A stretch of DNA of 64,000 nt. Origin: Bacteroidia bacterium. GTDB lineage: Bacteria; Bacteroidota; Bacteroidia; NS11-12g; UBA9320. Numbering within the stretch: the stretch's first letter is position 1; each line of letters starts with the position of its first letter. The position numbers and the translations under genes are program-made. Shown piece by piece: positions 43,201-51,497 of this stretch. The notes under the pieces were generated by a model. It saw only the letters and a list, made by a program, of their open reading frames with translations, had not been told where the DNA came from and searched no databases. The DNA is taken from the NCBI GenBank assembly GCA_965216465.1, contig CBDCFW010000005.1, forward strand, positions 96,001 through 160,000. The letters are read 5' to 3'.

Positions 43201-43589
43201 AGCTTTCGATACCAATCGGGGTCCATATACCTGACGGCATTTTCTCCGAAAGATACGGTTCTCACTTCATTAATTTGATAGGTTGATTCTTCGCCAAATA
43301 GCGTAGAAAATATTATGGTATGTTCTACTCCAGCCTCATCGGTTTGAATAATTCTAGCTAGGTTTTTATTCTCTTTGTATTCTAAACTGTGGTAACAAGC
43401 GGGACATTGGTAATGCACTTTATCACCTTTGTTTATGGTCAGGTTATCGCTAACCAGAACGGTATAGTCTCCAAGTTTTTCACTCAACAGGAATACACCT
43501 TTATTGGCATTTGAACACGTTCCTGAAAGAACGAGATAACCGCCAAGGTTGAGTTGCGCTTGGCAGTAGGGGCAATTCAATCGTTTCAC
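43197..43589 (-). CDS. Hypothetical protein with two CPxC (Zn-ribbon-like) motifs
   Basis: CPYC and CPAC; 130 aa; GTG start. Confidence 0.65.
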   Translation of the reverse strand: MKRLNCPYCQAQLNLGGYLVLSGTCSNANKGVFLLSEKLGDYTVLVSDNLTINKGDKVHYQCPACYHSLEYKENKNLARIIQTDEAGVEHTIIFSTLFGEESTYQINEVRTVSFGENAVRYMDPDWYRKL

Positions 43590-43665
43590 TTGAGCAATTT
43601 ACATCTTTTTGCATGGATATTCAAGAATTATGCTCATCCTAAGCTTAGAACCATCTCGTAACAAG

Positions 43666-44283
43666 CTACTTGTGAAAAATTCGAGTGCAGGTTTCGCGTA
43701 TATCGTCGTTGCTGTTCTCCCAAGTGAAATGGACTCGCAGTAAATGTTCGTGTAGGATTTTGATGTAGCAACGGAGGTGGAGTGTTTCACCGTTAACTTC
43801 TTTCGTATACATTTCAGGATTATTTGAAAGTTCCATTTGAGCAAACCCTGCTTCTTGGTTACGACCAATGAAGAAATGAGTTAGTGTATCATTTGGAAAA
43901 GAGTCTTTAGTTACAAGATGGGGCATTAATGACAAACCAAACGCAGCTTCATTCAAACCAAAAATGACAACTGGTGCATAGTCTAAATTCTTAACATAAG
44001 CTCTTAAGGTAAGCAACATTGGTTGCGGAAGCTCTTCAAAACCTCTACACCACTCTTCTTCGTTGTAAAATAATCCATATTGACCTTGGTCGATATATTG
44101 TTGGTCTTCAGGCAAGCATCGACTAACACAATATCCATTTATGTCTAGGCCTTCGCAAATGCAGTCACCATTAATCAAGGTAAAACCATCTGGACAAGTT
44201 GAAGTGTCCTCTTGGTCGTTGCATCCAATTACAACAACACAGAACACAATAACCAGCAGCAAAACTTTTAAAATAAATTTCAT
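43666..44283 (-). CDS. Array lipoprotein copy 5 (Cys-rich, uncharacterised)
   Basis: Likely ATG 44283; lipobox VIGC; CPDGF..CIC..NGYC; ends HFTWENSNDDIRETCTRIFHK. Confidence 0.8.
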   Translation of the reverse strand: MKFILKVLLLVIVFCVVVIGCNDQEDTSTCPDGFTLINGDCICEGLDINGYCVSRCLPEDQQYIDQGQYGLFYNEEEWCRGFEELPQPMLLTLRAYVKNLDYAPVVIFGLNEAAFGLSLMPHLVTKDSFPNDTLTHFFIGRNQEAGFAQMELSNNPEMYTKEVNGETLHLRCYIKILHEHLLRVHFTWENSNDDIRETCTRIFHK

Positions 44284-44333
44284 AACGACGAGCAAGGTGC
44301 GTGAATCGATTCATTCATTTTGTAGTAGTATTT

Positions 44334-44951
44334 CTACTTATGAAAAATTCGGGTGCAGGTTTCACGAATTTCGTCGTTGCTGTTTTCCCATGTGAAGTGG
44401 ACTCGGAGAAGTCGTTCATGTAGTATTTTTATGTAGCATCTGAGATATAAGTTCTCGCCATTAACTAACTTGACAAAACGTCGTGGATCATTGCTAACCT
44501 TCATCTCTACAAAGCCTGCCTCTATTTTATGGCCTGCAAATGCATAGAGAAGGCTATCGGACTGAAAACTATCATTTGTTACCCAGTTAGGTTTCAACGA
44601 TAACCCAAATTCTTCTTCATGTAATCCAAAGTATATTGATGGACCATAGTTTAGAAGTTCTGGATATGCCTCTAGTCTTATCAACATTGGGCTTGGAAGA
44701 CTTTCAAACCCATCACACCATTCTTTTTCATTGAAGTACTGACCAAGCATCCCTTTGGCTGTATATTCTTGGTCTTCAGGCAAGCACCTACTGATGCAAT
44801 AGCCATTAATATTCAATTCTTTGCATGCACAATCATTTTCTTCTAGGGTAAAACCATCAGGACAGGTGTTTGTTTCTAACGGATCTTTGCAGCAAATCAA
44901 CATTGTCCCAATTAGGCAAAATAGGCTTAGTTTTTTTATCCTTAAAATCAT
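44334..44951 (-). CDS. Array lipoprotein copy 4
   Basis: Likely ATG 44951; LICC lipobox-like; same Cys pattern and C-terminus. Confidence 0.8.
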   Translation of the reverse strand: MILRIKKLSLFCLIGTMLICCKDPLETNTCPDGFTLEENDCACKELNINGYCISRCLPEDQEYTAKGMLGQYFNEKEWCDGFESLPSPMLIRLEAYPELLNYGPSIYFGLHEEEFGLSLKPNWVTNDSFQSDSLLYAFAGHKIEAGFVEMKVSNDPRRFVKLVNGENLYLRCYIKILHERLLRVHFTWENSNDEIRETCTRIFHK

Positions 44952-44999
44952 TGACGTGCAAGGTGAAGAATCCAATTCACTGGATTTGTAGTAGAATTT

Positions 45000-45617
45000 C
45001 TATTTATGAAAAATTCGAGTACATTTTTCACGTATTTCGTCGTTACTATTTTCCCATGTGAAGTGTATACGGAGAAGGCTATCGTGTAAGATCTTAAGGT
45101 AACATCTCAGATACAAGGTTTCACCGCCTGATTGTTTTGTAAAGAGAGTCGGGTCTCTTCCTTGCTCAACGTTCATAAACCCCAATTTTTCTTTGAATCC
45201 AGAATCCGCATATAATAGAGTATCCCGTTCAAATGAATCTGTGCTAATCCAATTAGGAATCATTGCAAGACCATATTCCTCCTCATATAGTCCAAATCTA
45301 ATAATTGGACCATAGCTGAGTAATGCACGATATGCTTCTAAACGAATAAGCATCGGACATGGAAGACCTTCAAAACCTTTGCACCACTCCGCTTCGTTGT
45401 AGAAAAGCCCCAATTCACCCTTTTCTAGATAATATTCGTCATCCGGCAAACATCTACTGATGCAATACCCATTAATGTCAAGACCTTCACAAATGCAGTC
45501 ATCGTCGATCAAGGAATAACCATCAGGGCAAGTTGAAGTGTCCGCTTGGTCATTGCATCCAATTACAACAACACAGAACACAATAACCAGCAGCAGAGTT
45601 TTTACAATAAATTTCAT
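45000..45617 (-). CDS. Array lipoprotein copy 3
   Basis: Likely ATG 45617; lipobox VIGC; same Cys pattern and C-terminus. Confidence 0.8.
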   Translation of the reverse strand: MKFIVKTLLLVIVFCVVVIGCNDQADTSTCPDGYSLIDDDCICEGLDINGYCISRCLPDDEYYLEKGELGLFYNEAEWCKGFEGLPCPMLIRLEAYRALLSYGPIIRFGLYEEEYGLAMIPNWISTDSFERDTLLYADSGFKEKLGFMNVEQGRDPTLFTKQSGGETLYLRCYLKILHDSLLRIHFTWENSNDEIREKCTRIFHK

Positions 45618-45668
45618 AACAACGGTGCAAGTTGAGACAAACGAAACTTTCATTTTGTAGTAGAACTT

Positions 45669-46286
45669 CTACTTATGAAAAATTCGAGTACATGTTTCCC
45701 GAATTTCGTCGTTGCTGTTTTCCCAGGTGAAGTGGATGCGGAGGAGTCCTCTATGTAAAATTTTAACGTAGCATCTGAGGTACAGAATTTCACCATTAAG
45801 TTCCTTTGTATACATTCTTGGATCATTGCTTGGTTTTCTTTCCATAAAACCTAACTTCTCCTCTACCCCAGCCCATCTATAAATTAATGTATCAGATGCG
45901 AATGAGTCTTGGGCAAGCCAGTGCGGTCTTAGGTTCAGACCATACTCTTCTTCGTGTGTCCCATAATAGATAGCTGGACCATGATTCAAGTAATTGACAT
46001 AAGCCTCTAAAGTAGTGAGCATCGGTTGAGGTAATGATTCAAATCCAACGCACCAAGTTTCTTCATTATAATATTGGCCATATTGACCTTTCTCTTGAAA
46101 CTTGTTATCATCGGGAAGACTTCTATTGATGCAATATCCGATTATTTCAAGCTCGTTGCATATGCAGTCATCGTCGATCAAGGTATAACCATCAGGGCAA
46201 GTTGAAGTGTCGGTTTGGTCATTGCACCCAACCAAAACAACACCTAAAACAATAAACAGCAGCAAAGTTTTTACAATAAATTTCAT
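45669..46286 (-). CDS. Array lipoprotein copy 2
   Basis: Likely ATG 46286; lipobox LVGC; nearly the same Cys pattern and C-terminus. Confidence 0.8.
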   Translation of the reverse strand: MKFIVKTLLLFIVLGVVLVGCNDQTDTSTCPDGYTLIDDDCICNELEIIGYCINRSLPDDNKFQEKGQYGQYYNEETWCVGFESLPQPMLTTLEAYVNYLNHGPAIYYGTHEEEYGLNLRPHWLAQDSFASDTLIYRWAGVEEKLGFMERKPSNDPRMYTKELNGEILYLRCYVKILHRGLLRIHFTWENSNDEIRETCTRIFHK

Positions 46287-46336
46287 AACGACGAGCAAGG
46301 TGGATGAATCGATTCATTCATTTTGTAGTAGAACTT

Positions 46337-46942
46337 CTACTTATGAAAAATTCGAGTACACGTTTCCCGAATTTCGTCGTTGCTGTTTTCCCAAGTGAAG
46401 TGGATGCGGAGAAGTCGTTCATGTAGAATCTTGATATAACATCTGAGATATAGCGTTTCGCCATTACTAATCTTAGTATTAAACTGTGGAGTAGATTTTG
46501 GATTTACCTCAACAAAGCCTCCATCGCTTCTAAGACCGCTAAACATACAAAGCAATGTATCACTTGCAAACGAGTCTCGACTAATCCAATATGGCTTTAA
46601 CGGAAGACCATAGGCTCCCTCTTCAACTCCATAAATTACATCTGGAGCATGATTTAAATTGGTAAATTTAGCTTCTAATCGAATAAGCATTGGTCTTGGT
46701 AAAGTTAAAAACTCAGGGCACCATTCTTCTTCGTTGTAAAACAATCCATACTCACCATTATCTATGTAGTTCTGATCTTCTGGTAAGCATCTGCTAACAC
46801 AATAGCCATTGATATTTAATCCTTCACACACACATTCGTTATTTACTAGGCTAAATCCATCTGGGCAAGTCTTGGATTGGGACCTGTCTTGGCAACCAAA
46901 TAAAACCAAGATGCTCAGCAGTAAGAGGCTAAATAATTTCAT
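46337..46942 (-). CDS. Array lipoprotein copy 1, translationally coupled to the upstream large gene
   Basis: ATGA overlap at 46939-46942; lipobox LFGC; same Cys pattern and C-terminus. Confidence 0.82.
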   Translation of the reverse strand: MKLFSLLLLSILVLFGCQDRSQSKTCPDGFSLVNNECVCEGLNINGYCVSRCLPEDQNYIDNGEYGLFYNEEEWCPEFLTLPRPMLIRLEAKFTNLNHAPDVIYGVEEGAYGLPLKPYWISRDSFASDTLLCMFSGLRSDGGFVEVNPKSTPQFNTKISNGETLYLRCYIKILHERLLRIHFTWENSNDEIRETCTRIFHK

Positions 46943-49044
46943 GGTTTGTATACTTTAATAGTTTTCTCTTCAAAATTTCTTTTGTATTTTATTGTATACC
47001 ATCCGCTAGCAATTGAAGTTAATTTCACAATTTCTCCTCTTAGATTAGATTCACTAAGGTCATTCTGTACGACACCATTGGATACAACCATGTTTGTCAG
47101 TAAATCAACAATAAAGTACTCAGTTCCTTTTGGTATTTTTTCACTTTCATCATTATTCTCATCCGTAAATTCATCTTGCCCATGATACTCGTTTGGACAC
47201 TTTTTCATTTGATATGTACTTCGCAGGTCCTCGCTTAAAAATTCGTTCAATCCGGTAAAGTTAAAATCATAGATTGAATTATAATGTGGTACATTGACTA
47301 CATTATTTGCCCTAATAAACTCATTCACCTCCCTCAAATCATCCTTTCTTTGCTGATCGTTGTTCACTCCGACTACCCAATTAAAAAATTCTTCAGTGCA
47401 ACACTCCTCAGTTTCCTTATAACCTATATACCCCGCCAACCAGCAATGGCTGTTAATGGATAAGTTGGCTTTGTACTTTGTATGTCCACTAAACCTGTGT
47501 GATGAGAACGAATGAATGACAATTGATGTGGGATCGTTTGGCCAAAGCTCTATCATATAGGTCTTCCCTGACAAGCTGCCTTTGATTAACTCAGAATTTG
47601 ATTGTGCTGATTGTCCAGATCTTCCAACTACGGGCTGCTGGGTGGCAAGTTTCTTCAATGTTTGGACAGTTTGAACAATTGCATTGCTGTCGGTCCAAGC
47701 ATTTTTATCTCCACCAACCATCTTACCTGCCGTCACCCCCAAGTTCAATGCGATATCAAACCAAGCCTGATCCCATGAACTATTGGGTGAAACTTGGTCA
47801 TAGGCCGTAACACTATGTCTTCCTGCATCAAGAATTCCCATTTCTGTTTTGGGCGAAAACTTAGTTAGTATGGCCCAATCCTCTGCATGAGCCTCCCATG
47901 CATAACCCTTACCACATAAGACGCAATTCAGCTTGCCGCCACCACCGCTAAGCAATGATTTATAGCTAGCTCCTACGTGAAGTATCCTGTTCTCGCACAT
48001 GCAATCATCGCGCTGTCCCCGCTCATCTTCACAGAGCATATTATATGCTATATAAGTTGTACTTGGACTCTTTGCCGTTGGGTTAGGATTCATCCATCTA
48101 GCACCCTTGTCACTGCCTACTCGCTTCATATAAGTACCTGCATTATGCTTTCGTGCAGCTCCAACATTCCAGTCTTCGTACCACCATACCTTGTGAACTC
48201 CAGTAGAAGATGGCCAGAAATTCTTATGAAATGTATACCTGTGCTCAAACCAATTGAACGAGTCAATATTGTTTATATCACCCAAATGGGCCTCTTCATA
48301 TATTTGGTGATTTCCCGAAGCAAATGGGAATGTCGCTTTGCACATGCAATTCTTATCAGGTTTTTTCCAAACGTAACGCTCTAAAATGTCACCCAACCAT
48401 CCTATTCCACTCTCCCAATCAAAATCCATTGAATCTGTCACTTCTTCAACTTCATGGTCACCGCCTTCTTCATCTTCCATTCCATTCAATCTTCCCAAAT
48501 CACCATCAAAATAGAATTGTTGAAGGATATACAATTTCTCAAAATGATTCAGTTCTTCCGTCTGAGACAAAAAGGTTAATACATTTCGATCTAAGTCATC
48601 GACGCTGTTACGAGCCAAAGCTTCATACAATTTCATCGGTAAGCCAAACTGACTTTTCACCTCTACCGGAAAAGTTGAGATTCGTTTCATGATTACTAAA
48701 TGCCCTTGCTTCATTTCTTTAGCCAATCGATATTCTTTGTACTTGTCCAATTCAATAATGTTTGATTTTTCCGAAACTGACGAAACTTTAATTCCATTTT
48801 CATCATAAAGTCCTAAATCATGAATTGGCTCAGAAAAATCAATAACCAAATACGATTTTTGGTCACCATGAACAACAAAACTTTGTTTAATTGACACGCC
48901 GTTTCTGTGATTCGGATACGACGGTGGCTCAACTTTCATTTGAGTTGAATCAAAATAACTCTCGGTGGTTTGCGTAAACCCAGAAATGGCTGCTCCTATT
49001 AATAAGAGGCCCAGGGAAATGATCTTAGTAATTGTACCTTTCAT
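46939..49044 (-). CDS. Uncharacterised secreted protein of about 700 aa with a degenerate T9SS-CTD-like C-terminus (likely ATG 49044; ORF is open to 49074)
   Basis: Signal peptide MKGTITKIISLGLLLIGAAISGFTQ; Cys pairs; tail FIVDLLTNMVV...IASGWYTIKY...KTIKVYKP. Confidence 0.7.
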   Translation of the reverse strand: MKGTITKIISLGLLLIGAAISGFTQTTESYFDSTQMKVEPPSYPNHRNGVSIKQSFVVHGDQKSYLVIDFSEPIHDLGLYDENGIKVSSVSEKSNIIELDKYKEYRLAKEMKQGHLVIMKRISTFPVEVKSQFGLPMKLYEALARNSVDDLDRNVLTFLSQTEELNHFEKLYILQQFYFDGDLGRLNGMEDEEGGDHEVEEVTDSMDFDWESGIGWLGDILERYVWKKPDKNCMCKATFPFASGNHQIYEEAHLGDINNIDSFNWFEHRYTFHKNFWPSSTGVHKVWWYEDWNVGAARKHNAGTYMKRVGSDKGARWMNPNPTAKSPSTTYIAYNMLCEDERGQRDDCMCENRILHVGASYKSLLSGGGGKLNCVLCGKGYAWEAHAEDWAILTKFSPKTEMGILDAGRHSVTAYDQVSPNSSWDQAWFDIALNLGVTAGKMVGGDKNAWTDSNAIVQTVQTLKKLATQQPVVGRSGQSAQSNSELIKGSLSGKTYMIELWPNDPTSIVIHSFSSHRFSGHTKYKANLSINSHCWLAGYIGYKETEECCTEEFFNWVVGVNNDQQRKDDLREVNEFIRANNVVNVPHYNSIYDFNFTGLNEFLSEDLRSTYQMKKCPNEYHGQDEFTDENNDESEKIPKGTEYFIVDLLTNMVVSNGVVQNDLSESNLRGEIVKLTSIASGWYTIKYKRNFEEKTIKVYKP

Positions 49045-49090
49045 ATAATGTTTCATTAATAAGTACAGCAGCAATAAATTCTGGATACGT

Positions 49091-49120
49091 TAAAACCGAG
49101 CCCAACCTTGTTGGGCTCGG
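49091..49120 (-). terminator. Terminator-like hairpin in the leader region of the 700 aa gene
   Basis: CCGAGCCCAAC-AAG-GTTGGGCTCGG (11 bp perfect stem) followed by TTTT on the minus strand. Confidence 0.55.
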
Positions 49121-49228
49121 AGGCCAAGTTTTCTTAAAACCGGACCTTTCATTAACCCCCACTTATTAGACGGAGAATTATTTTCAGGTCACTTAAAAAA
49201 AGTACTGAAATCGTTATGTAATCGCTAA

Positions 49229-50101
49229 GTGATTGATTTTCTTTGCATTAATTTTTTGAAGAATTTAAAAATATATCGCTCTTCTTCGAATCAGGTTCTC
49301 GAAAATTTAGCTTTTGAAGAGTACTTGGTTGCAAATTCAAATGAAGATGTATTGCTCTTTTACATTAACCAAGATGCCGTTGTAATTGGCAAACATCAAA
49401 ATCCATGGAAAGAGGTTAATCTCGAAAGCATTCAAAAAAACAACATAACCCTCGCACGAAGACTCAGCGGTGGTGGAACCGTATACCACGACCTCGGTAA
49501 CATCAATTTTTCATTTATTCGAAATAAGAATAAAGACTTCGTGAACTTTAAAGAACATATCGCTCCAATAAGTCAAGCATTGCAATACTTAGGAATCGCC
49601 AACCATATTACCGAGCGCAACGATATCTTTATTAACGACCACAAAGTTTCAGGAAATGCTGAACACGTGAACAATTCTGCCAAGCGAATTATTCATCATG
49701 GCACATTGCTTTATGACGCCAATATTGGTTCGCTGGGTACCAGCATTAAACCTAAAGACTTGCAGATTACTACGCACGCAGTTGATTCTGTTCGCAGCCC
49801 GGTTATGAACATGCGCTCTATTAAAGATCATGGCGACACTAATTCTTTTCTTGATCTGTTGATCTTTGAAATTTCCAAATTGGTTCAATCAGTTGGAGTA
49901 GAATCTGTTTCACCTATCAATTTTGAAGAGGTAAAAGAATTGGTCTCCAACAAATATTCTACCTGGGAGTGGACTTTCGGCCATACCCCTCAATTTACTT
50001 ATACCAACCAATCTGCGGTTTCAAAAATTAGAAAAGGCCACGTAATTGAATCAAGCCTTCCTGAACTTGTTGGACTGCGATGCGATAAAATTATCCTATG
50101 A
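49229..50101 (+). CDS. Lipoate--protein ligase family protein (start may be TTG 49256)
   Basis: NLAFEEYL, IGKHQNPWKE, RRLSGGGTVYHDLGN, KVSGNA, HHGTLL. Confidence 0.9.
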   Translation: MIDFLCINFLKNLKIYRSSSNQVLENLAFEEYLVANSNEDVLLFYINQDAVVIGKHQNPWKEVNLESIQKNNITLARRLSGGGTVYHDLGNINFSFIRNKNKDFVNFKEHIAPISQALQYLGIANHITERNDIFINDHKVSGNAEHVNNSAKRIIHHGTLLYDANIGSLGTSIKPKDLQITTHAVDSVRSPVMNMRSIKDHGDTNSFLDLLIFEISKLVQSVGVESVSPINFEEVKELVSNKYSTWEWTFGHTPQFTYTNQSAVSKIRKGHVIESSLPELVGLRCDKIIL

Positions 50102-50733
50102 CCAAAAAAGAACGAGCAAATAGCATTCTACAGATTCTGGATCAAGAATTTCCAGAAGTTCCTATTCCATTAGATCATAAAGACCCTTATACCCTATTGA
50201 TAGCCGTTCTGTTATCCGCACAATGCACTGATGAACGCGTTAATAAAATTACACCTTCACTCTTCGAAAAGGCCGACAATCCTTTTGATATGATTAAAAT
50301 GAGTGTGGAGGAAATTAAGGAAATTATCAGACCCTGCGGTTTGTCTCCTATGAAAAGTAAAGGCATTCATGGCCTTAGCTCTATACTGGTTGAAAAGTAC
50401 AACGGTGAGGTTCCGCAAACTTTTGAAGGACTTGAAGCTTTACCCGCGGTGGGTCACAAAACAGCCAGTGTTGTAATGAGTCAAGCATTTGAGATTCCTG
50501 CTTTTCCTGTCGACACGCACATTCACAGGCTAGCGTATCGGTGGAAGCTCAGTACAGGTAAAAATGTTGAAAAGACTGAAAAGGACCTTAAGGCATGTAT
50601 TCCGAAAGATCGTTGGAATAAAGCACATCTGCAGATTATCTACTTTGGTAGAAAGTATTGCCCGGCACGTGGACACGATCCTAAGGCCTGTCCGATTTGT
50701 TCTAAGTTCGGGAGGCAATCATTATTTAAATAA
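50098..50733 (+). CDS. nth: Endonuclease III
   Basis: LLSAQCTDERVN, LPAVGHKTA HhH motif, FPVDTHIHR. Confidence 0.93.
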   Translation: MTKKERANSILQILDQEFPEVPIPLDHKDPYTLLIAVLLSAQCTDERVNKITPSLFEKADNPFDMIKMSVEEIKEIIRPCGLSPMKSKGIHGLSSILVEKYNGEVPQTFEGLEALPAVGHKTASVVMSQAFEIPAFPVDTHIHRLAYRWKLSTGKNVEKTEKDLKACIPKDRWNKAHLQIIYFGRKYCPARGHDPKACPICSKFGRQSLFK

Positions 50734-50798
50734 TTGATAAGAGTATTCAATTATTTTAGTTACAAAACCTCACAATAGAACTACCTTTGCACCCGAAA

Positions 50799-51497
50799 AT
50801 GTCACTCGATATTATATACGAAGACAACCACCTCATCGCTGTGAACAAGCCTGCAGGTCTTGTGGTTCAAGAAAACGACCATGGCCTTAATTCACTTGAA
50901 GAAAAGGTTAAAGCATACATCAAAAAGAAATACAACAAGCCGGGTGCTGTTTTTTTAGGCTGCATTCATCGGCTAGATACCGCCGTAACCGGTGTAGTAC
51001 TATTCGCTAGAACGAGCAAAGCTCTTACAAGAATGAATGCTCAATTTAAAAATCGCGAAGTTAAAAAGACCTACGCCGCACTTATCCGCAGAAAACCTCA
51101 ACCCATGGCAGGCACTTTGGTACATTACTTAAAAAAAGACACCAAGCAGAATAAAACAAAGCTGTATCATGAGCAGGTAAAAGACAGCAAAAGAGCAGAG
51201 TTAAGCTACGAATACATCAACACAGCTAACCACTGTTTCTTGGTCAAGGTTAAGCCTGTAACAGGTCGACCACATCAAATACGGGTACAATTGGCCAGAA
51301 CATTTACAGGAATTGTAGGTGACGTTAAGTATGGTCAAACTAAACCAACGGCAGACAAGAGTATTTACTTGCATGCACTTGGATTATCATTTACCCATCC
51401 TGTAACTAAAGAAAAATTAAATTTGCACGCTTCCATGCCTAACTTTGGGAATTGGAAGTTTTTTAAAGACATCGAAAAAAATTTATTACGAGAATGA
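50799..51497 (+). CDS. RluA-family RNA pseudouridine synthase
   Basis: YEDNHLIAVNKPAG, HRLD, TGRPHQIRVQL. Confidence 0.92.
   Translation: MSLDIIYEDNHLIAVNKPAGLVVQENDHGLNSLEEKVKAYIKKKYNKPGAVFLGCIHRLDTAVTGVVLFARTSKALTRMNAQFKNREVKKTYAALIRRKPQPMAGTLVHYLKKDTKQNKTKLYHEQVKDSKRAELSYEYINTANHCFLVKVKPVTGRPHQIRVQLARTFTGIVGDVKYGQTKPTADKSIYLHALGLSFTHPVTKEKLNLHASMPNFGNWKFFKDIEKNLLRE

Larger units (their letters stand above)
43661..46942 (-). repeat. Five-unit tandem gene array with a period of 666-669 bp
   Basis: TAG stops at 43666, 44334, 45000, 45669 and 46337; conserved 3' ends and junction sequence. Confidence 0.9.

Noticed and set aside
44334-46339. All array genes end in TAG, raising possible stop readthrough into a polyprotein
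   Set aside because: Only 2 of 4 junctions are in frame (45669 and 45000), each copy has its own signal peptide, and TAG is a normal stop elsewhere (ribH, dnaB). The shared TAG is explained by duplication.
44321-46341. Junction motif TTTCTACT/GTAGA resembles a Cas12a direct repeat
   Set aside because: The repeats are about 668 bp apart, separated by whole genes, and overlap stop codons. The arms are not arranged as the Cas12a stem-loop, and there are no cas genes in the window.
43661-46942. Integron cassette array or diversity-generating retroelement
   Set aside because: I saw no RYYYAAC/GTTRRRY attC cores, integrase or reverse transcriptase. All units are paralogs of one family, and the differences between them do not look adenine-specific.
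47598-48692. Plus-strand ORFs (70-135 aa) inside the 700-aa gene
   Set aside because: They are antisense to a long coherent CDS and show no recognisable motifs or expression signals.
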